From Basidiobolus meristosporus CBS 931.73 (taxonomy: Eukaryota > Fungi > Basidiobolomycota), in assembly GCA_002104905.1 (NCBI GenBank), contig MCFE01000086.1, positions 62,001 through 126,000 of the forward strand: 64,000 nucleotides of DNA, given 5' to 3'. The notes beneath the pieces are model-generated. The model did no database searches. It was not told the DNA's origin and saw nothing but the letters and a program-made list of their open reading frames with translations. Of this stretch, positions 38,898 through 53,083 are shown in pieces (within the stretch, counting starts at the first letter, position 1; each line of letters begins with the position of its first letter). The position numbers were made by a program, and so were the translations under genes.

Positions 38898-41800
38898 TGT
38901 TGTAAAAATTTGTATTCCACCAAAATACTCACCTAATGTAGTCACTTAGATCATTACCTTCAAATCATAGAGAATACTGACCAAGTTCCATGTTGGGATT
39001 TGATTAGAATACTTTCACCAAAAATCCAGGTACCCAGAACATGAAAATTAGATAAGTTGTTCAAACAGCCCCAAACTTTGCACACATGTTCTTGGGACCT
39101 TCCTTAACCTAATTCCAAGTGTTTGTTATGCCAAGGCCATGTAAAAGTGTAAATACTACTTTTACATTCAATAAATCATTAAGTAAAAACACATAATCTA
39201 CTTGTTCTCCCAAACACTTCCAATATCTTCAAGACTCTTGCAACAGCTGATGAGCACAAAGCTGTCACTCTTTGCAATGTCTACTACTGCTATTACTGGA
39301 ATTTCTTGCTCTGCTGAAAAGTTGGATGGATCTAACTACCAAGTGTGGAAGGCGAAGATGAAGATGCTGCTACAAGAAAGAGGCCTTTGGGATATTGCCA
39401 TGGGAGAAGAATGCCCTCCTAAAAATGTGGGAGAGGGAGCCTCAAAGTACCAGAAGAAAGAACAAAGTGCCTTTAAATGCATTTGCCTTAATGTTAAAGA
39501 CAAACTGCTAACTCAATGCCCAAGAGCAAAAATGGCAAAGAATGCCTGGAAAGCATTAGAAGACACCTACCTGCCATGTTCAGCTGCTAAGAGAATGTAT
39601 CTGAGACAAAAATTCTTAACTATAAAGATACTACCAGGAGAAGAAATGAAAAATCTAATTAACAAAATTACCCTGCTTGTGGATGAAGGGGAATCTGTGG
39701 GTGTACCAACTACCAATGAGGATGTGACTGTTACCATCCTGAATAGTCTGACAGACAGGTTTCAGGGCCTTGTATCAGCCCTAGAGTCCAGAACTCAAGA
39801 TTTGACCTTAAATTACATATATGGAAGGCTCCTGGTGTTGTAAAAATTTGCAATTTCACCTAAATATTTGCCTAACTTAGTCACTTAGATCATTGCCCTC
39901 AAATCCTAGAGAATACTGACCATATTCATTGTTGGGATTTACTTGGAATATTTTCACTAAATACCAGGTACCCACAACATTAAAATTAGATAAGTTGTCC
40001 AAACAGCCCCAAACTTTGCACATATGTTCTTGGGACCTTCCTTAACCTATTCTATGTGTTTGTAATGCCCAGACCATGTAAAAGTATAAATACTACTTAT
40101 ACATTCAATAAATCATTAAGTGAAGACCAAATAATATACTTGTTCCCTTAATCACTTCCAATATCTCCAAGACTCTTACAACACCTGGATGAAGAATTAA
40201 GAAAATCAAGTGCCAATAAGAAGGAAGAATAAAATGCTTTAATAAGCAATGATAGCCAACAAAGGAGGTACCCAAGACCCTACACAGGCAACAGCAATCT
40301 GATTTGTAACTACTGCAAAAGGAAAGGACATACAGCAGACTAGTGCTTTGAGAAGAGAGATAGTCAGCAGAAAAAGCCTGAATATGGAAATGATGCAACA
40401 ACTGAAGATAGACTACTCATATCCACACTAAATATGACCACAAACAAGGATTCTCAGACATGGTATATTGACTCTGGAGCATCTCAACACTTTACACACC
40501 AAAAAGAACTTTTTACCCAATACCAAGAAATCCAATTAAGAAGGTTTTCATTGGTGACAATAGAACACTTGATGAGGTGGTAGAAGGAACCGCCAAGTAA
40601 ACCTAAGAAGCAGTGAAGGAAGCCATACACTGACCTTTAAAGAAGTACCCTATGTACCAGAAATAGCCAAGAACCTACTATCTGTAAGCAAGGCCACAGC
40701 AGAAGGACTCAGCTTCAGCTTTGACAATTCTGAATGCAGGGATCACTGATCAAAATGGTGCTCATATTGCTTTGGGTATCAGAGATCAGAATATATACAA
40801 ATTGGCTTATATTCCATCATATTTGGAAGCCAATATAAGTAACTTGAATGAAGAAACACCAATGCTTTGGCACAGGAGATTTGGACACATCAATTTTGAT
40901 TATTTGCACAAAATGATCAAAGATCAGCTAATTTCTGGTTTGAAAAATGATCCCCTAGTTAATTTGAAGCACTGTGAAGCCTGCATATTTGGGAAACAAG
41001 CCAGACAACTGTTCAAGAGCTCAGGTTTAATCAAAATTAAGAAAAAATTAGATCTAATTCACTCACATCTGTGTGGACCTAGGCAAAATTTATCCTTAGG
41101 CAGGATGAAGTATTGAATCACTTTTAGTGATGATTATACAAGATACATGTGGGTTTACTTCATGGGGAGAAAGGAAGAAGCTCTGTCTAAGTTCAGGGAG
41201 TTGAAAGCCATGGTGGAGAGAGAAACTGGTGAAAAAATCAAGAAAATATGCACTGACAATGGTGGAAAATATACCTCAAAACCTTTCTTTCACTTCTGCA
41301 AAATTCATGGGATAAAGCAAGAGACTACTGTACCATACTCCCCACAGCAAACAGAGTAGCAGAACGTGATAACAGATCAATAATGGATATGGCAGGATCT
41401 ATGATACACTATCAAAGATTCTCACATGATTTTGGGCAGAATTAGTTGCCACTGTGGTGTATCTTAAAATAGGAGTTATAGCAGAATAATTTGTAATTCT
41501 ACTCCATTTGAAGCATGGTATGGATACAGACCAAGTGCAGAACATCTAAGAATATTTTTGTGTACAGCATATGCCAAGAAACTGCCCAGAAATCAGTCAA
41601 AATTTGGGCCAAAAGTTTAAAATGCTTATTTTTGGGCTATTGCAGTGAGAGTAAAGCATACAAACTCTACAATACCAAAGCAAAGATGCTAATCAAGTCC
41701 AGGGATGTGTTGTTTGATGGAAATTCAAAATTTTAACAAAAAATGACATCAGATGCTGACAAAAATCTGATCTCATGTCCACTGTTGTAAGGATTGAATC

Positions 41801-43925
41801 AGAGCAAAACAATGAGAATTTTCTCACTCCAGAGGACTCTGCAGCCATGGTTCAGCCATGATCAGTGCCCAGGAATATCCCAGAAGTGATCATTCCAGTA
41901 TCAAATGCCTGGAGATTCAGTTGGACAAGAAACAGCCCAACTTTCTATATCAATGAGGGTACAAACTTAACCTATGCCTATTCAGTCTATATTGATAAAC
42001 CCTGGACTGTAAAAGAGGCCCTAAATAGCCCTCAGACAGAGTTTTGGAGATCTGCAATGACTGAGGAATATCAGGCCCTGATGGAAAATCAAACTTGGAA
42101 CTTAGTCAAATAACTAATCAACCAAAAATCAATTGGATGCAGATGGGTCTTCAAGATAAAATACAAGGCTGATGATACAATTGAAAGATACAAAGCAAGA
42201 CTTGTGGCCAAAGGATACTCTCAAACAAAGGACTTGACTATACTGAGACCTTTGCACTGGTAGCCAAGTTTAACTCCATCAGATTACTATTGGCTATTGC
42301 AGCCAAATATAAGTCTTTTATTTATCAAATGTATGTAAAAGCTGCATTTTTGCATAGAGAACCTGATGAGGACATTTATATGGACCAGCCTGATGGGTTT
42401 GCTGATCAAGATAACCCCCATTTGGTCTGCAAGCTTAAAAAGTCACTATATGGTCTCAAACAATCAGTAAGAGCCTGGAACTGCAAGATAGATTCTTATT
42501 TGGAATCTTTGAGTTTCAAAAGGAGTAATGCTGACTATAGTATATACTACAAGCCAGATAGAGCAAATCTTGTTCTATCAGCTCTATATGTGGATGATCT
42601 TATTATAGCTGCCAATAACCTAGCAACATTGGAAGAGACTAAATCCAGCCTATCTAAGGAGTTCAAGATGTCTGATCCAGGAGAACTCAGTTACTACTTA
42701 GGGATTAAGTTCTCCATAGACAGAAGTACCCAGACTATCACTGTAAGCCAATCCAAGTATATTCAAGATATACTAAAGAAGTACCAGATGGAAGACTGTA
42801 AACCGGCAGCTACCCCAATGGAGACAAACCTTAACTTGGTCAAAACTCAACCAAATCAAGAGAGCTTGGTGCCCTCTGAAAGCCCTGACTTTCCTTATCA
42901 ATCTATGGTCAGCAGTCTGATGTATATTATGCTTACAACACGTCCAGATATCTCATATTCAGTGGGAGTTGTCAGCCAGCATAATCAGAACTATGGATCT
43001 GATCATATTGAAGCAGTTAAGCGGATTTTAGATACCTAAAAGGAACTGCTGATACCTGCTTAAGATACACTTAAAAGGATCTGGAACAGGATCTTGTGGG
43101 ATACTCTGATGCAGATTGGGGACAAAATTTGGAAGACAGAAGATACACCACAGGATACACCTTTCTTTACTGTAAAGGAGCAATTTCATGGAATTCAAGA
43201 AAGCAACCAACCATAGCACTATCTACCACAGAGGCAGAGTACATGGCAGCCTGTGAGGCTACAAAAGAAGCAATGTGGTTAAGAAATCTTTTTACAGATT
43301 TAGGCCTATGTCAAAAAATGCCCATTACTTTATTTCAAGATAATCAAGGATGTATACAAATAGGTAGAAATCCAACTTTTCATGCTAGAACCAAGCACAT
43401 AGATTTTAGACATCATTTCATATATGACAATATAGAGAATAACTTAGTTGGCTTAGCTTACTGTCCTACAGATGAAATGATTGCAGACATATTTACCAAA
43501 CCACTAGCTAGAGAAAAGTTTGAATATCTTAGGTCACAATTAGGACTAGTCAGTGTGAACATTTAGCCAAGTGGGAGTATTGTAAGAATTTGTATTCCAC
43601 CTAAATATGCACCTAACTTAGTCACTTAGATCATTACCTTCAAATCCTAGAGAATACTGACCAAGTTCCTTGTTGGGATTTACTTGGAATATTTTCACCA
43701 AAATACCAGGTACTCAGAACATGAAAACTAGATAAGTTGTTCAAACAGCCCCAAACTTTGCACACATATTCTTGGGATCTCCCTAAACCAATTCTACATA
43801 TTAGATATGCCAAGACCATGCAAAAGTACAATTACTACTTTCATATTCAATAAATCATCAAGTAAATACCACATAATCTACTTGTTCTCCCAATCACTTC
43901 CAATATCTCCAAGACTCTTACAACA
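38898..43925 (+). mobile_element. Full-length Ty1/Copia family 1 element (degenerate), 5-bp TSD CCTTC
   Basis: LTRs 38898-39245 and 43578-43925. PPT AAGTGGGAG. Order gag, PR (WYIDSGA), GAG-pre/IN (LWHRRFGH, CEAC, TDNGGKY), RT (LYVDDLII), RNase H (GYSDADWG..LSTTEAEYMA..ADIFTKPL). Confidence 0.95.
39836..40183 (+). mobile_element. Copia family 1 solo LTR inside the gag of the full-length copy, TSD CCTGG
   Basis: cctgg|TGTTGTAAAA...CTCTTACAACA|cctgg. Confidence 0.93.
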
Positions 43926-45206
43926 CCTTCAGGAGCCTTCCATATATGTAGCTAAGGCTGAATCTTCAGTTCTGGACTCTAGGACTGATACAAGGCCCTG
44001 ACACTTGTCTGCCAGGCTATTCAGGATGGTTACTATCACATCCTCATCAGTAGTAGGTATGCCTGCAGATTTCATCTCAACCACCAGCAGGGTAATTCTA
44101 TTGATTGATTTTTCATTTCTTCTCCTGACAGCATCTTAGTAGTAAAGAATTTCTTGTCTAAGATACATTTTCTTGACAGCTGAACATGACTGGTAGGTGT
44201 CTTCTAATGCCTCCAAGGTATTCTTTGCCATTTTTGCTCTTGAGCATTGAATTAGCAATTTGTCTTTAACATTGAGGCAAACACTGTTAATGGCACTTTG
44301 TTTTTTCTTCTGGTACTTTAAGGATTTCTCTCCCACATTTTCAGGAGGGCATTCTTCTCCCATGACTATATCCCAAAGGCCTCTTTCCTGTTGCAGCATC
44401 TTCATTTTCTCCTTCCACACTTGGTGGCTAGATCCATCCAACTTTTCAGCAGAGGGGAAAATTCCAGTAATAACAGTGATAGACATTGCAGAGGGTGACA
44501 GCTTGGGGCTCATCAACTGTTGTAAGAGTCTTGGAGATATTGGAAGTGATTGGGAGAACAAGTAGATTATGTGAGTTTCACTTGATGATTTATTGAATGT
44601 GAAAGTAGTATTTGTACTTTTGCATGGTCTTGGCATATCAAACACATAGAATAGGTTTAGGAAGATCCCAAGAATATGTGTGCAAAGTTTGGGGCTGTTT
44701 GAACAACTTATCTAATTTCCATGTTCTGGGTACCTGATATTTTGGTGACAGTACTCTAACTAAATCCCAACTAGGATTTTGGTCAGTATTCTCTAGGATT
44801 TGGAGGTAATGATCTAAGTGACTAAGTTAGGTGAATATTTAGGTGGAATTACAAACTTTTACAAGAATATGGTAGTTGCATCTCACATGACCAGCTCACC
44901 CCTGGCATATCCCCATGTGATATTGTAGCCTGTTCTTTAGTATATTTCTATCTTGGCACACTTGCTGTGCCTCACCCCAGAGCCCCATCAGTATTAGCCA
45001 ATATCTCTTGGCATCCATTTTGCCAAAAAGTGCATATGGTCCTATCCCCCCTTATATGTTCCTCAGTCTGATAAACACAGGTCTTGAATAAACAGCCTTG
45101 CCTTGTTAATCCACACCTAAGTCCTTTCCTGGTCCTGCCTTGCCAAGCTCTACTCTTCTGCCTTGTGTCTATTCATAACAAATACAAGTATTTAGTAGAG
45201 TGAGAG

Positions 45207-45555
45207 TGTTGTAAATTTTGTAGTTACACCTATATATTTACTTAACTGTGTCACTTAGATCATAGCCTACAGTCTTTGGAGAATCTTGACCAAGTTCCTT
45301 GTTGTGATTGATTTAGAATATTTTTCACCAAAACATCAGGTACCAAGAGCATGAGATTTCTCAGAGTTGTCCAAACAGCCCCAAACTTTGTACACATGTC
45401 CCTGAGACCTTCCTAACTATAGTCTAGGTGTTTGTTTTACCAAGACCATGTAAAAGTATAAATACTACTTTTACATTCAATAAATCATTAGGTGAACACC
45501 ACACAATCTACTTGTTCACCCAATCACTTCCAACATCTCCAAAACTCTTAAAACA
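45207..45555 (+). mobile_element. Copia family 1 LTR, more diverged, no TSD match
   Basis: TGTTGTAAATTTTG...CTCTTAAAACA aligns with the other LTR copies. Confidence 0.85.
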
Positions 45556-46206
45556 CTTTTCATTTGTTGATTTATTGCCAGGGCATATAATATGTTCAGG
45601 ACAACTATATGTGTGCAATGCCTGGGAGCTTTTAGAATACTTTGAATATCTTTCACCACAATATCTATTACCCAGAACATGATGTTTCTTGAAGTCATTT
45701 CCAACAGAGAACTTGATAGGAATCAATGCAGTTCAAAGCCCGGGATATAAGTGGCCAAGTTGATCTTTGGGTGCGTATTTGGAAGCGAATGCAAGATTTA
45801 CAACAAAAACTATTCATATTCCATCCTTCATCATTTAAGGGGTCTTAAACCCAGCTGGATTCCAAGCCGGAGTATTGAATCCTCGGGTGGATGCAAAAAA
45901 AGGTGCTCCTCTACATTCATGCAACTGTAGCCAAAAAAAATATCCTTGCATACTGCCAAGCCTATCAAGCCATCCGAACAATCATACGAGCAAGCTGCAA
46001 CACCTGACTTATGTCCAGGTCAGTGTATCACTCCAGCAACCTACTACTGATGTAACGCCAGTGAGAGACCATGGATACTGGGGGAGATCGTTTAAACCAG
46101 ACGTCTATTAAGTAAAAGTACAAATTTTCATCCAGAGCGAGAGTGTAGGTACCAGGATAAAATTGGGGTCACAAGGTGGGATGCGGAACTAAGGGCAGGA
46201 AGAGGT

Positions 46207-48523
46207 CTATTGGGGAGAAAGATAACGATCGAGGGTGTTGACAGGGGTAGTCTTCAAGCTAACGCCAAGCTTCTTCAGATTTCGGTTGGCACTTGTAGTA
46301 CGCGATAGGCCCACCCGGCGTCTAGCTACCGGAGGGGTCGAACAAAGATATGTGGAAACGGAGGATTTTGGATTGGCTGTAACGAAAAGGATGAGTGCTG
46401 ATCCCTCGGCGTGGAAATCGAGGGGGAACTTACTGGTTGGGGTGACTTGGCCAAAAATGGGTTTGCCGAGGGCCTTTGGAGATGCAAGGCTTTTGAGTTT
46501 GCCATTCTGGGGAATATCAAAGGTTGGTTAGGCTCGATCTCTGTCTACACCGACCTGACGTCAAGATGGTGGCTACGCTGTACCTTGTCGCCCGAGAACT
46601 CCGGCCCGTCTTCCAGCTGGACGTTTGGTCGCTTGTTCATGGCATTTGATGGAGGCTGGACATTCTCTTTGTCGGTCAAGAAGGATGCGTCGATAGTCTC
46701 GTTCACGACACGAACAGAGAATGGGTTGAACGGTAGATCAGCTATACCTGGCTCTTCCACGCTGGCCTGCTTGGTTGGGCATGGCGAGTCGCAAAGGGAG
46801 CCAAGGGCTCGAGTGGGCCCGCGTAGAGACTTGGCGCTGCAAAGATTCGGCTCCAATGGGGATGCGGGCCCTCCCTTGATTAGGAAACTGCTGAGAGAGG
46901 TTTGAGAGGAGAGCAGTCTAGGTGGGCACGATTTGGTGGATGAGATTCTTGGCCGGTGGCCCTCAACCTTGGTTGCTGGCGTGGGGGTCTGAAACAGCAG
47001 TTTGATCCCGTAGTCCGGAGTCTCTTGGCCAGGAGTACTGACAAATTTGAATGCTGAGTGTTTTGGCTAAACAAGGCATTAATATTCCACGCCCATCAAC
47101 AAATCAAGCAGAACCTCCTTACGGTGTGGTATTTGGACGCCTGTGATCGCTTCGAATCCGCCAATGGCGCGAGCGTGATTGGGTTGATATCACCAAACGC
47201 AACCCCGCTGGCGATCTCGGGCTCAAGATGTCTAGAGAAAGTGCAGAGTCGGGCGGTTAGTCCCACTGGATTACTTGGCGATCTCGAAAGAACTCAACCA
47301 ACTTTCCAAGAAACGGCAGCTCAAACGAACTCAGCCCTTCCTCAAGCGGATGAAGGTGGACGAGTGCACGTGTGCTTGGGTCGAAAACAAGCTGATGCCT
47401 AAACGTGAGTTCGGCCCGCTGAAACTCCAGTTCGTACTCCGGCGGGATTTTGAACGAGCTATCGGTTCTCAAGACCTCGATAACCTGCGACCCTGGGTTA
47501 GCTACACGAGGAAATGAGGCTCGGCTGTACTATGAACCAACCCGTTCAGCTGTCTTGTATTGCTTCAAATACTTGAGTGCCTTCTTCAAGCCCATACCAG
47601 GGATGGATTTCAAGTAATCGCACCCAGAAAGGATGCACATCTGTCTAAACTGCTCATGCGACCATCCGGCAAAGCATTGATCACCCACTTCCTCCAGTCG
47701 GTCTATCTGTATCTCAACACCATTCCCATACTTGTCCAGCTTGAACAGCACCTATTGGCCAAACATGAGCCAAGAAGTTTCGTGAAACTCTAGAGCGCAA
47801 CCTACCCTCTTGCAGCCAAATACCAGCAAATCCGAGTCTTCCGTTATCACACTGGTGACCTTGTTTTGCTTGAAGAGGTAAGCTAGCTGAGCATCAGCTT
47901 CATACGGGGCAACGATGTAATCGATGCTTTCCTTACGCAAAGCCTAGGTCGAAGGGTTTCAGAGGTAGATCTTAGAGCGACTACTCAGCGTACCATGTAC
48001 CTCGATGAACTTTTTCGCCATTTCCGGGGTGATATCCACACATTTTTGAAAGCATTCCACCGCCTTCACGTGCTGTCCACAATTCAGGTACTCGAGCGCC
48101 TTTTTCCGGTTTTCTTTCCTCATGCTACAACATCCCAGCAATGTTAACACCGCCTCGCGAAAACTGAGAGGGATCCTCAAGTACCTTTCACGACTCTCCT
48201 CAGTTCCTTCCTTGGAGGGAAGTGGACCGCCATCAAAAACAACAAAGGGCTTGACCTTGTAATGCTGCAGTAATCTTATCCGGTGCATACAGTACTCCAC
48301 ATATCTACAGCCTTCTGTGTTATACTATGAACCAAAAGGGGGATTCCAGTGAGGCCTCTTACTTGTCAGTCTCCTCACCCAAGCACAGCTCCTTGGCACA
48401 GCCAAAAGCACCTTTGTGTAACCAAACGTAGGCATCCACAGCTACTGTTTCTCCTGCATATGAAGAAATATGGACTCGACTCTGAATGGGTTTTAGCAAG
48501 GGTAGTAAACCTGATATCCCCAT
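46207..48523 (-). CDS. EXO1: Exonuclease 1 (XPG/Rad2 family), multi-exon
   Basis: [25 protein letters not shown]; [10 protein letters not shown]; [12 protein letters not shown]; [11 protein letters not shown]; [23 protein letters not shown] introns (e.g. 48362-48305). The 3' exon boundaries are approximate. Confidence 0.93.
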
Positions 48524-50147
48524 CGTCGGTTGGTTAGCAGGCAAAGACTTGAAGGAGAATGTGGTGTGTGTGAGGTCCTGGTTAATGGTGATATTGTTTT
48601 TTGTGATTTCGCCCATTGACAGAAACAATTGGTTTGTTGAATGAGTGGAAATCTGATGAAAACATTGAGTAGTCACTTTTTTGCGTCTACGAGCCAATCT
48701 GCAAGGACGTATCCGGACTCTCTCCAATCGGCTTGATTGGCCAGCTGATACAAATTGATGATCACGATAGTTGCTGGATACGGGCTCTCGAAACCACCAT
48801 TAGGTTCGTCCAAGTAGCGGTTGTTGAAGAATGCCAGGTGTTGACCAACATGGATGCTTACCTATTATATCCGTCAGGGAAGATGGCTGTTGTCACCAAA
48901 CGGATGTTGACTAATGTGGATGTCCATCTAATAAACATTGATAATGATGTTCACATGAGAAACAACATCAATGAAATATCATCTGCGTTCTACCAACCGT
49001 CTTTCCAAAGTATTCCTGGTGGGCCATTGTGTTGAGCTCACATATAGAACGTTGCGTACTTCCTACGTTCATCACTACCCCCAGATGAGGTATGGAGACC
49101 AGTTTACCTTGGGAATAGAGGGCCTTGCCCATAGCATTCGAGTCGAATGATAGCCTCCTGGATTGATGAGCACCTATATCCGGCTACCATCACGAAAATC
49201 CCCAGAATATCCTTCCAAACTCGGGGAGTTCCCTATCCACGCACTCCGTGATCGTTCCCAGCAGCACAATTGCACCTGAGCACTCAATAGTCCAAGTCGC
49301 TTCGCTGATCAGATGCTCAATGGCCTCCTTGACATTCGACCCCTTGCTTGCAGCCAGGAATAAATGCAGGAACACCCCAATCCACCTGCACCCATCCCTC
49401 CCCAAAAAGCACCTCAAGCGGAATGTCATCCAACCTTGGAAGCAATCATTGAAATCCATTCCGCTCTCTACGGAATAAGGCATAGAACCCAAATTGATAA
49501 GCCGGAGTCTAAAACATACTGGTTTCATGCTACGTTCACACCATCTTCGCCATTGCTAGGATGCATGACTTCACCAGATGGAATGCTGGATTCTGATTCG
49601 GCCGAATCAGCCGAGGGCGAGCAATCAATCCAGAGGCCGGCAGATCAATTCTGACCAACGTGTGCTGCTAAAGATCATATGTACTTGGTCACAAATTTGC
49701 TTATGTCAGAAGACTATGGGTCATTCTCCAATATGGCAACTGTTTACACATCGTGTCTCAAATTAATGCTTCCATAATCCCAGCGGTGATGGCAGGCTCT
49801 GTGGCATGGAGCTCAGTGACAGGACGGAAGAGTCACGTGCGATCTGAGATATGGTCATGGACGATTTCAATCTCCTTCCAATTGGGGGCTAAATTAATGC
49901 GTCGTGTGGTACTGATAGCTATTGCGGCTCGTGACAAAAAGGGATAAGGGGTGAGGATTTATAGGTTTCATTTTGAGTACGCTGCAGCTGGATTTCCTTT
50001 TATATAGATCTCTTACTTACTTGGTCTCCATTACAATCCTATCTCTCTCTGATACCACTTGCTCCTTGCTCTCTTCCCTTTGTAAAGTCTCGTACCAGCT
50101 AACCTATCGTTTCTGCTCAGTCCTTCCAATACCCGTTGCGTTGGAAG

Positions 50148-51818
50148 ATGGCCAAAGGAAAGGTAACCTACAGTACTATTTCTAGTACTCCGAACGATGA
50201 AGAACGCGAGGAATTGCTTGACAGCGGCAACCGCTCAATCAGAAGAAGTCCCATCCTCTTCCTCGTGCTCTCCTTAGCTCTCAGTGCTCTTGTTGGTTCT
50301 TCGGTATTCCTACATTCTCGGTTCTCAGGTACCTTTTGCCATTAGCAAGATTTCCCACTGCCCATCTTAACTTGTTGTGTAGCGCCCAAGCCTAAGCGTA
50401 ACGTCATCATGATGATATCTGATGGATTTGGCCCAGCTTCTGAGACCTACTCTCGCCTCTACTACCAATGGTCCAAGAACCTTCCCGTGGGTTACAAAAC
50501 TCCGCTTGACACTATTCTCGTTGGCGCTTCCAGAACACGGTCGAATTCCAGCATGATTACCGATTCTGCCGCTGGGGCTACAGCCATCTCATGCGCCCAG
50601 AAGACCTTCAACAACGCTGTCGGCGTAGATCCATTTGAAGAGCCTTGTGGCACCCTGTTGGAAGCTGCCAAAGCCAACGGTATGCTGACTGGTTTGGTGG
50701 TTACTAGTCGAATCACTCACGCTACCCCTGCATCTTTCTCATCCCACGTTGTTCACCGCAACCTCGAGCACCTCATTGCGGAACATCAGATCGGCAATTA
50801 CGTGTTAGGCCCAACCGTAGATCTGATGTTTGGTGGTGGACGTTGCTTCTTCCTGCCAAATACCACCGAAGGGAGCTGCCGACCTGATACGAAGAATTTG
50901 ATCCGAGACGCCCAGCAACGGGGCTTCAGATACATTCAATCTAGAGAGCAATTCGACAGCTTGAAATCCCAAACCCATTTCCCTCTGATGGGGCTGTTCG
51001 CACTAGATCACATGGATTACGATATCGACCGTGATCCTCAGGTTCAGCCTGCTCTCAGTGAAATGACCCAGAAAGCACTGGACTTGCTCAACAAAGCGTC
51101 AGAGGATAGTGACAAAGGGTTCTTCATGATGATTGAGGGGAGCCGTATCGATATGGGTGCGCACAACAACGATCCAATCGGCCACCTACACGACATCCTT
51201 GCCTATCAAGAAACCATCGAGGTTGTCAAGGCATTTGTCGACGCCAATCCTGGGACTGTGATGATCTCTGTTAGCGACCATGAAACCGGCGGGTTTACTG
51301 TGGGTCGCCAAGTGACCGAAACCTACCCTGAATACATTTGGTATCCGGAGGTTATCTCGAAGTGCAAGAAGTCGACTTCCTATTTAGGGAAGCTTCTCTT
51401 CGAGTATTCCGGGGAGAACAGGAAAGAGTATGTGGTCAACGATATTCTCAAGGAACAACTGGAGATCGTTGACCCCACCGAAGACGAGGTCGGCTACTTA
51501 CTAGAAGCGCACACGCTGTTCGATTTCATATACCACCTGTCCAAAATGGTCAGCGTTCGGGCGCAGTTGGGATGGACCACCCATGGGCACACTGGGGTTG
51601 ATGTGAACCTCTATGCCTACGGGTCCAACTCCCATGAGCTGTCAGGCAACCATGAAAACACCGAGATTGGGGACTTCATCAGCAACTATCTCAATCTAAA
51701 TCTTGATACGATCACCACCAGTTTGAAGAAAAATCCTCCTCAGCTTCGCGCCGACGCCCAGGTTGTCAAGAGACTTACCAACAAGCCACTTGATATCCAT
51801 CAAGATTACATCCTATAA
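50148..51818 (+). CDS. PHO8: Vacuolar-type alkaline phosphatase with N-terminal type II TM anchor, one intron (~50328-50382)
   Basis: MISDGFGP, TDSAAGATA (catalytic Ser), THATPASF, EGSRIDMGAH, SDHETGG, HTGVDV. Hydrophobic ILFLVLSLALSALVG in exon 1. Confidence 0.93.
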
Positions 51819-53083
51819 ATTAGCGGCGGTGTCCTTAGGAAGCATCAATTAACATCATCACATCCAAACTCCCCCTGTATTTCCACAATGTTCTTGAGCC
51901 TTCTTGGCATCGGTTGCCTTCCAAGGAGCGCTCTTCTATAAATACTAATAAAGCACTATGACATGACATGCTTGATCCATATGGAAACACACATTCTTGA
52001 TACCACGTATCGTTCAGGTTTGATGGCCCTAGAGAGGGGCATTTGGAATATACGGTGTATCTTCCCACTGAAAGGAAATTGGAGGAAGACGGCGCAGGCC
52101 AGAACCATGACCGATCTCCAGACCTCCCTGCCGAAAGAAGCTTGGCTTAGAAGAGCTAACCAGCGAGGCTTGGGTTGGTGGAAAACAGGGCTTGATGGTT
52201 GCCCCAGCCTTTCGGCAACAACGACATGCAGCATGAGCATAGTCACCACCGATGGTTGAATATGCAGAAAGTATATCAAGGTAATATGCTGTGTGTGGCA
52301 AGCTAAATTTGACGGATGGTAACACAAATAGAGGTAGCACCTATAATTACGGTATCGATGTTGGCGTGGGGGCTGTTAGATGTTTCTGTAGCAAGATGTC
52401 AGCAGCTTGTCTTTCGTCAGGTTACCGGGGCATGTTTACGGCCCATTCCCAGTTGTGCCCTGAGGGCAGAACCCCATAGTGCGGGGGTGTGAAATCTGCA
52501 TGGATGATTTAGATATCCATTGAATCGCCATACGTCGGTGCATGAGACTGTACTTAAAGTGTGATGGGTGGACGCTCTGTGGTCTGTACTAATGATAGAT
52601 CAACCAGGAGGAGCTGGGGCAGCTTGGCAATGATATACCTGATCGCGAGGAAGATCACAGATATATTGCTTTCATCATACTCAAAAATACCCGGAGTTGC
52701 TGTCGGCTTTGCAGACATTTGCTTCGTCTTAATCTCATGCTCTAGTGGTACCCACTGGCGGCCCCCTGTGCATTCAGGATGCTAAGCTGCGCTAAATAGA
52801 TCTAGTCTGAGCGAGCATGAGGCACCTTGGCTAATTTGTAATTGGACTTGCGAAAGAGCGGGGATCGGCATGGAAGTGGGTTTGTATGTGGCGAGCCCAC
52901 TATATAATTCGTAGGAGTCTCTCTTCCTTCAGTTTAAGTTTAATAACCTTGGAGAACCTTGGGTTGCCTCCCTTTCTTCCGTCCACATTACTCTGCGGAA
53001 CACAGAAACCACCTAGTTGGATAATTCTGCTCTCTCCTGCGACTAGCTTGTTAACTGACTTGACCTTCTACTTGCCAAGCATC

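Larger units (their letters stand above)
35993..44866 (-). mobile_element. Ty1/Copia family 1 host element (5' LTR 44518-44866, gag, CCHC, PR, IN, partial RT; 3' truncated), carrying nested insertions
   Basis: EKLDGSSHQVWK..MKM (gag), CNYCKRKGDTSDQC, GDNRTLDAVGEG, EALSKFKEFKAMVE, RYKARLVAKGYSQ..HMDVKAAFLNG. PBS-like GTTGATGAGCCC follows the LTR. Confidence 0.9.

Noticed and set aside
48730-50100. Short ORFs between EXO1 and PHO8
   Set aside because: No recognisable motifs or convincing exon chain. This is also the divergent promoter region.
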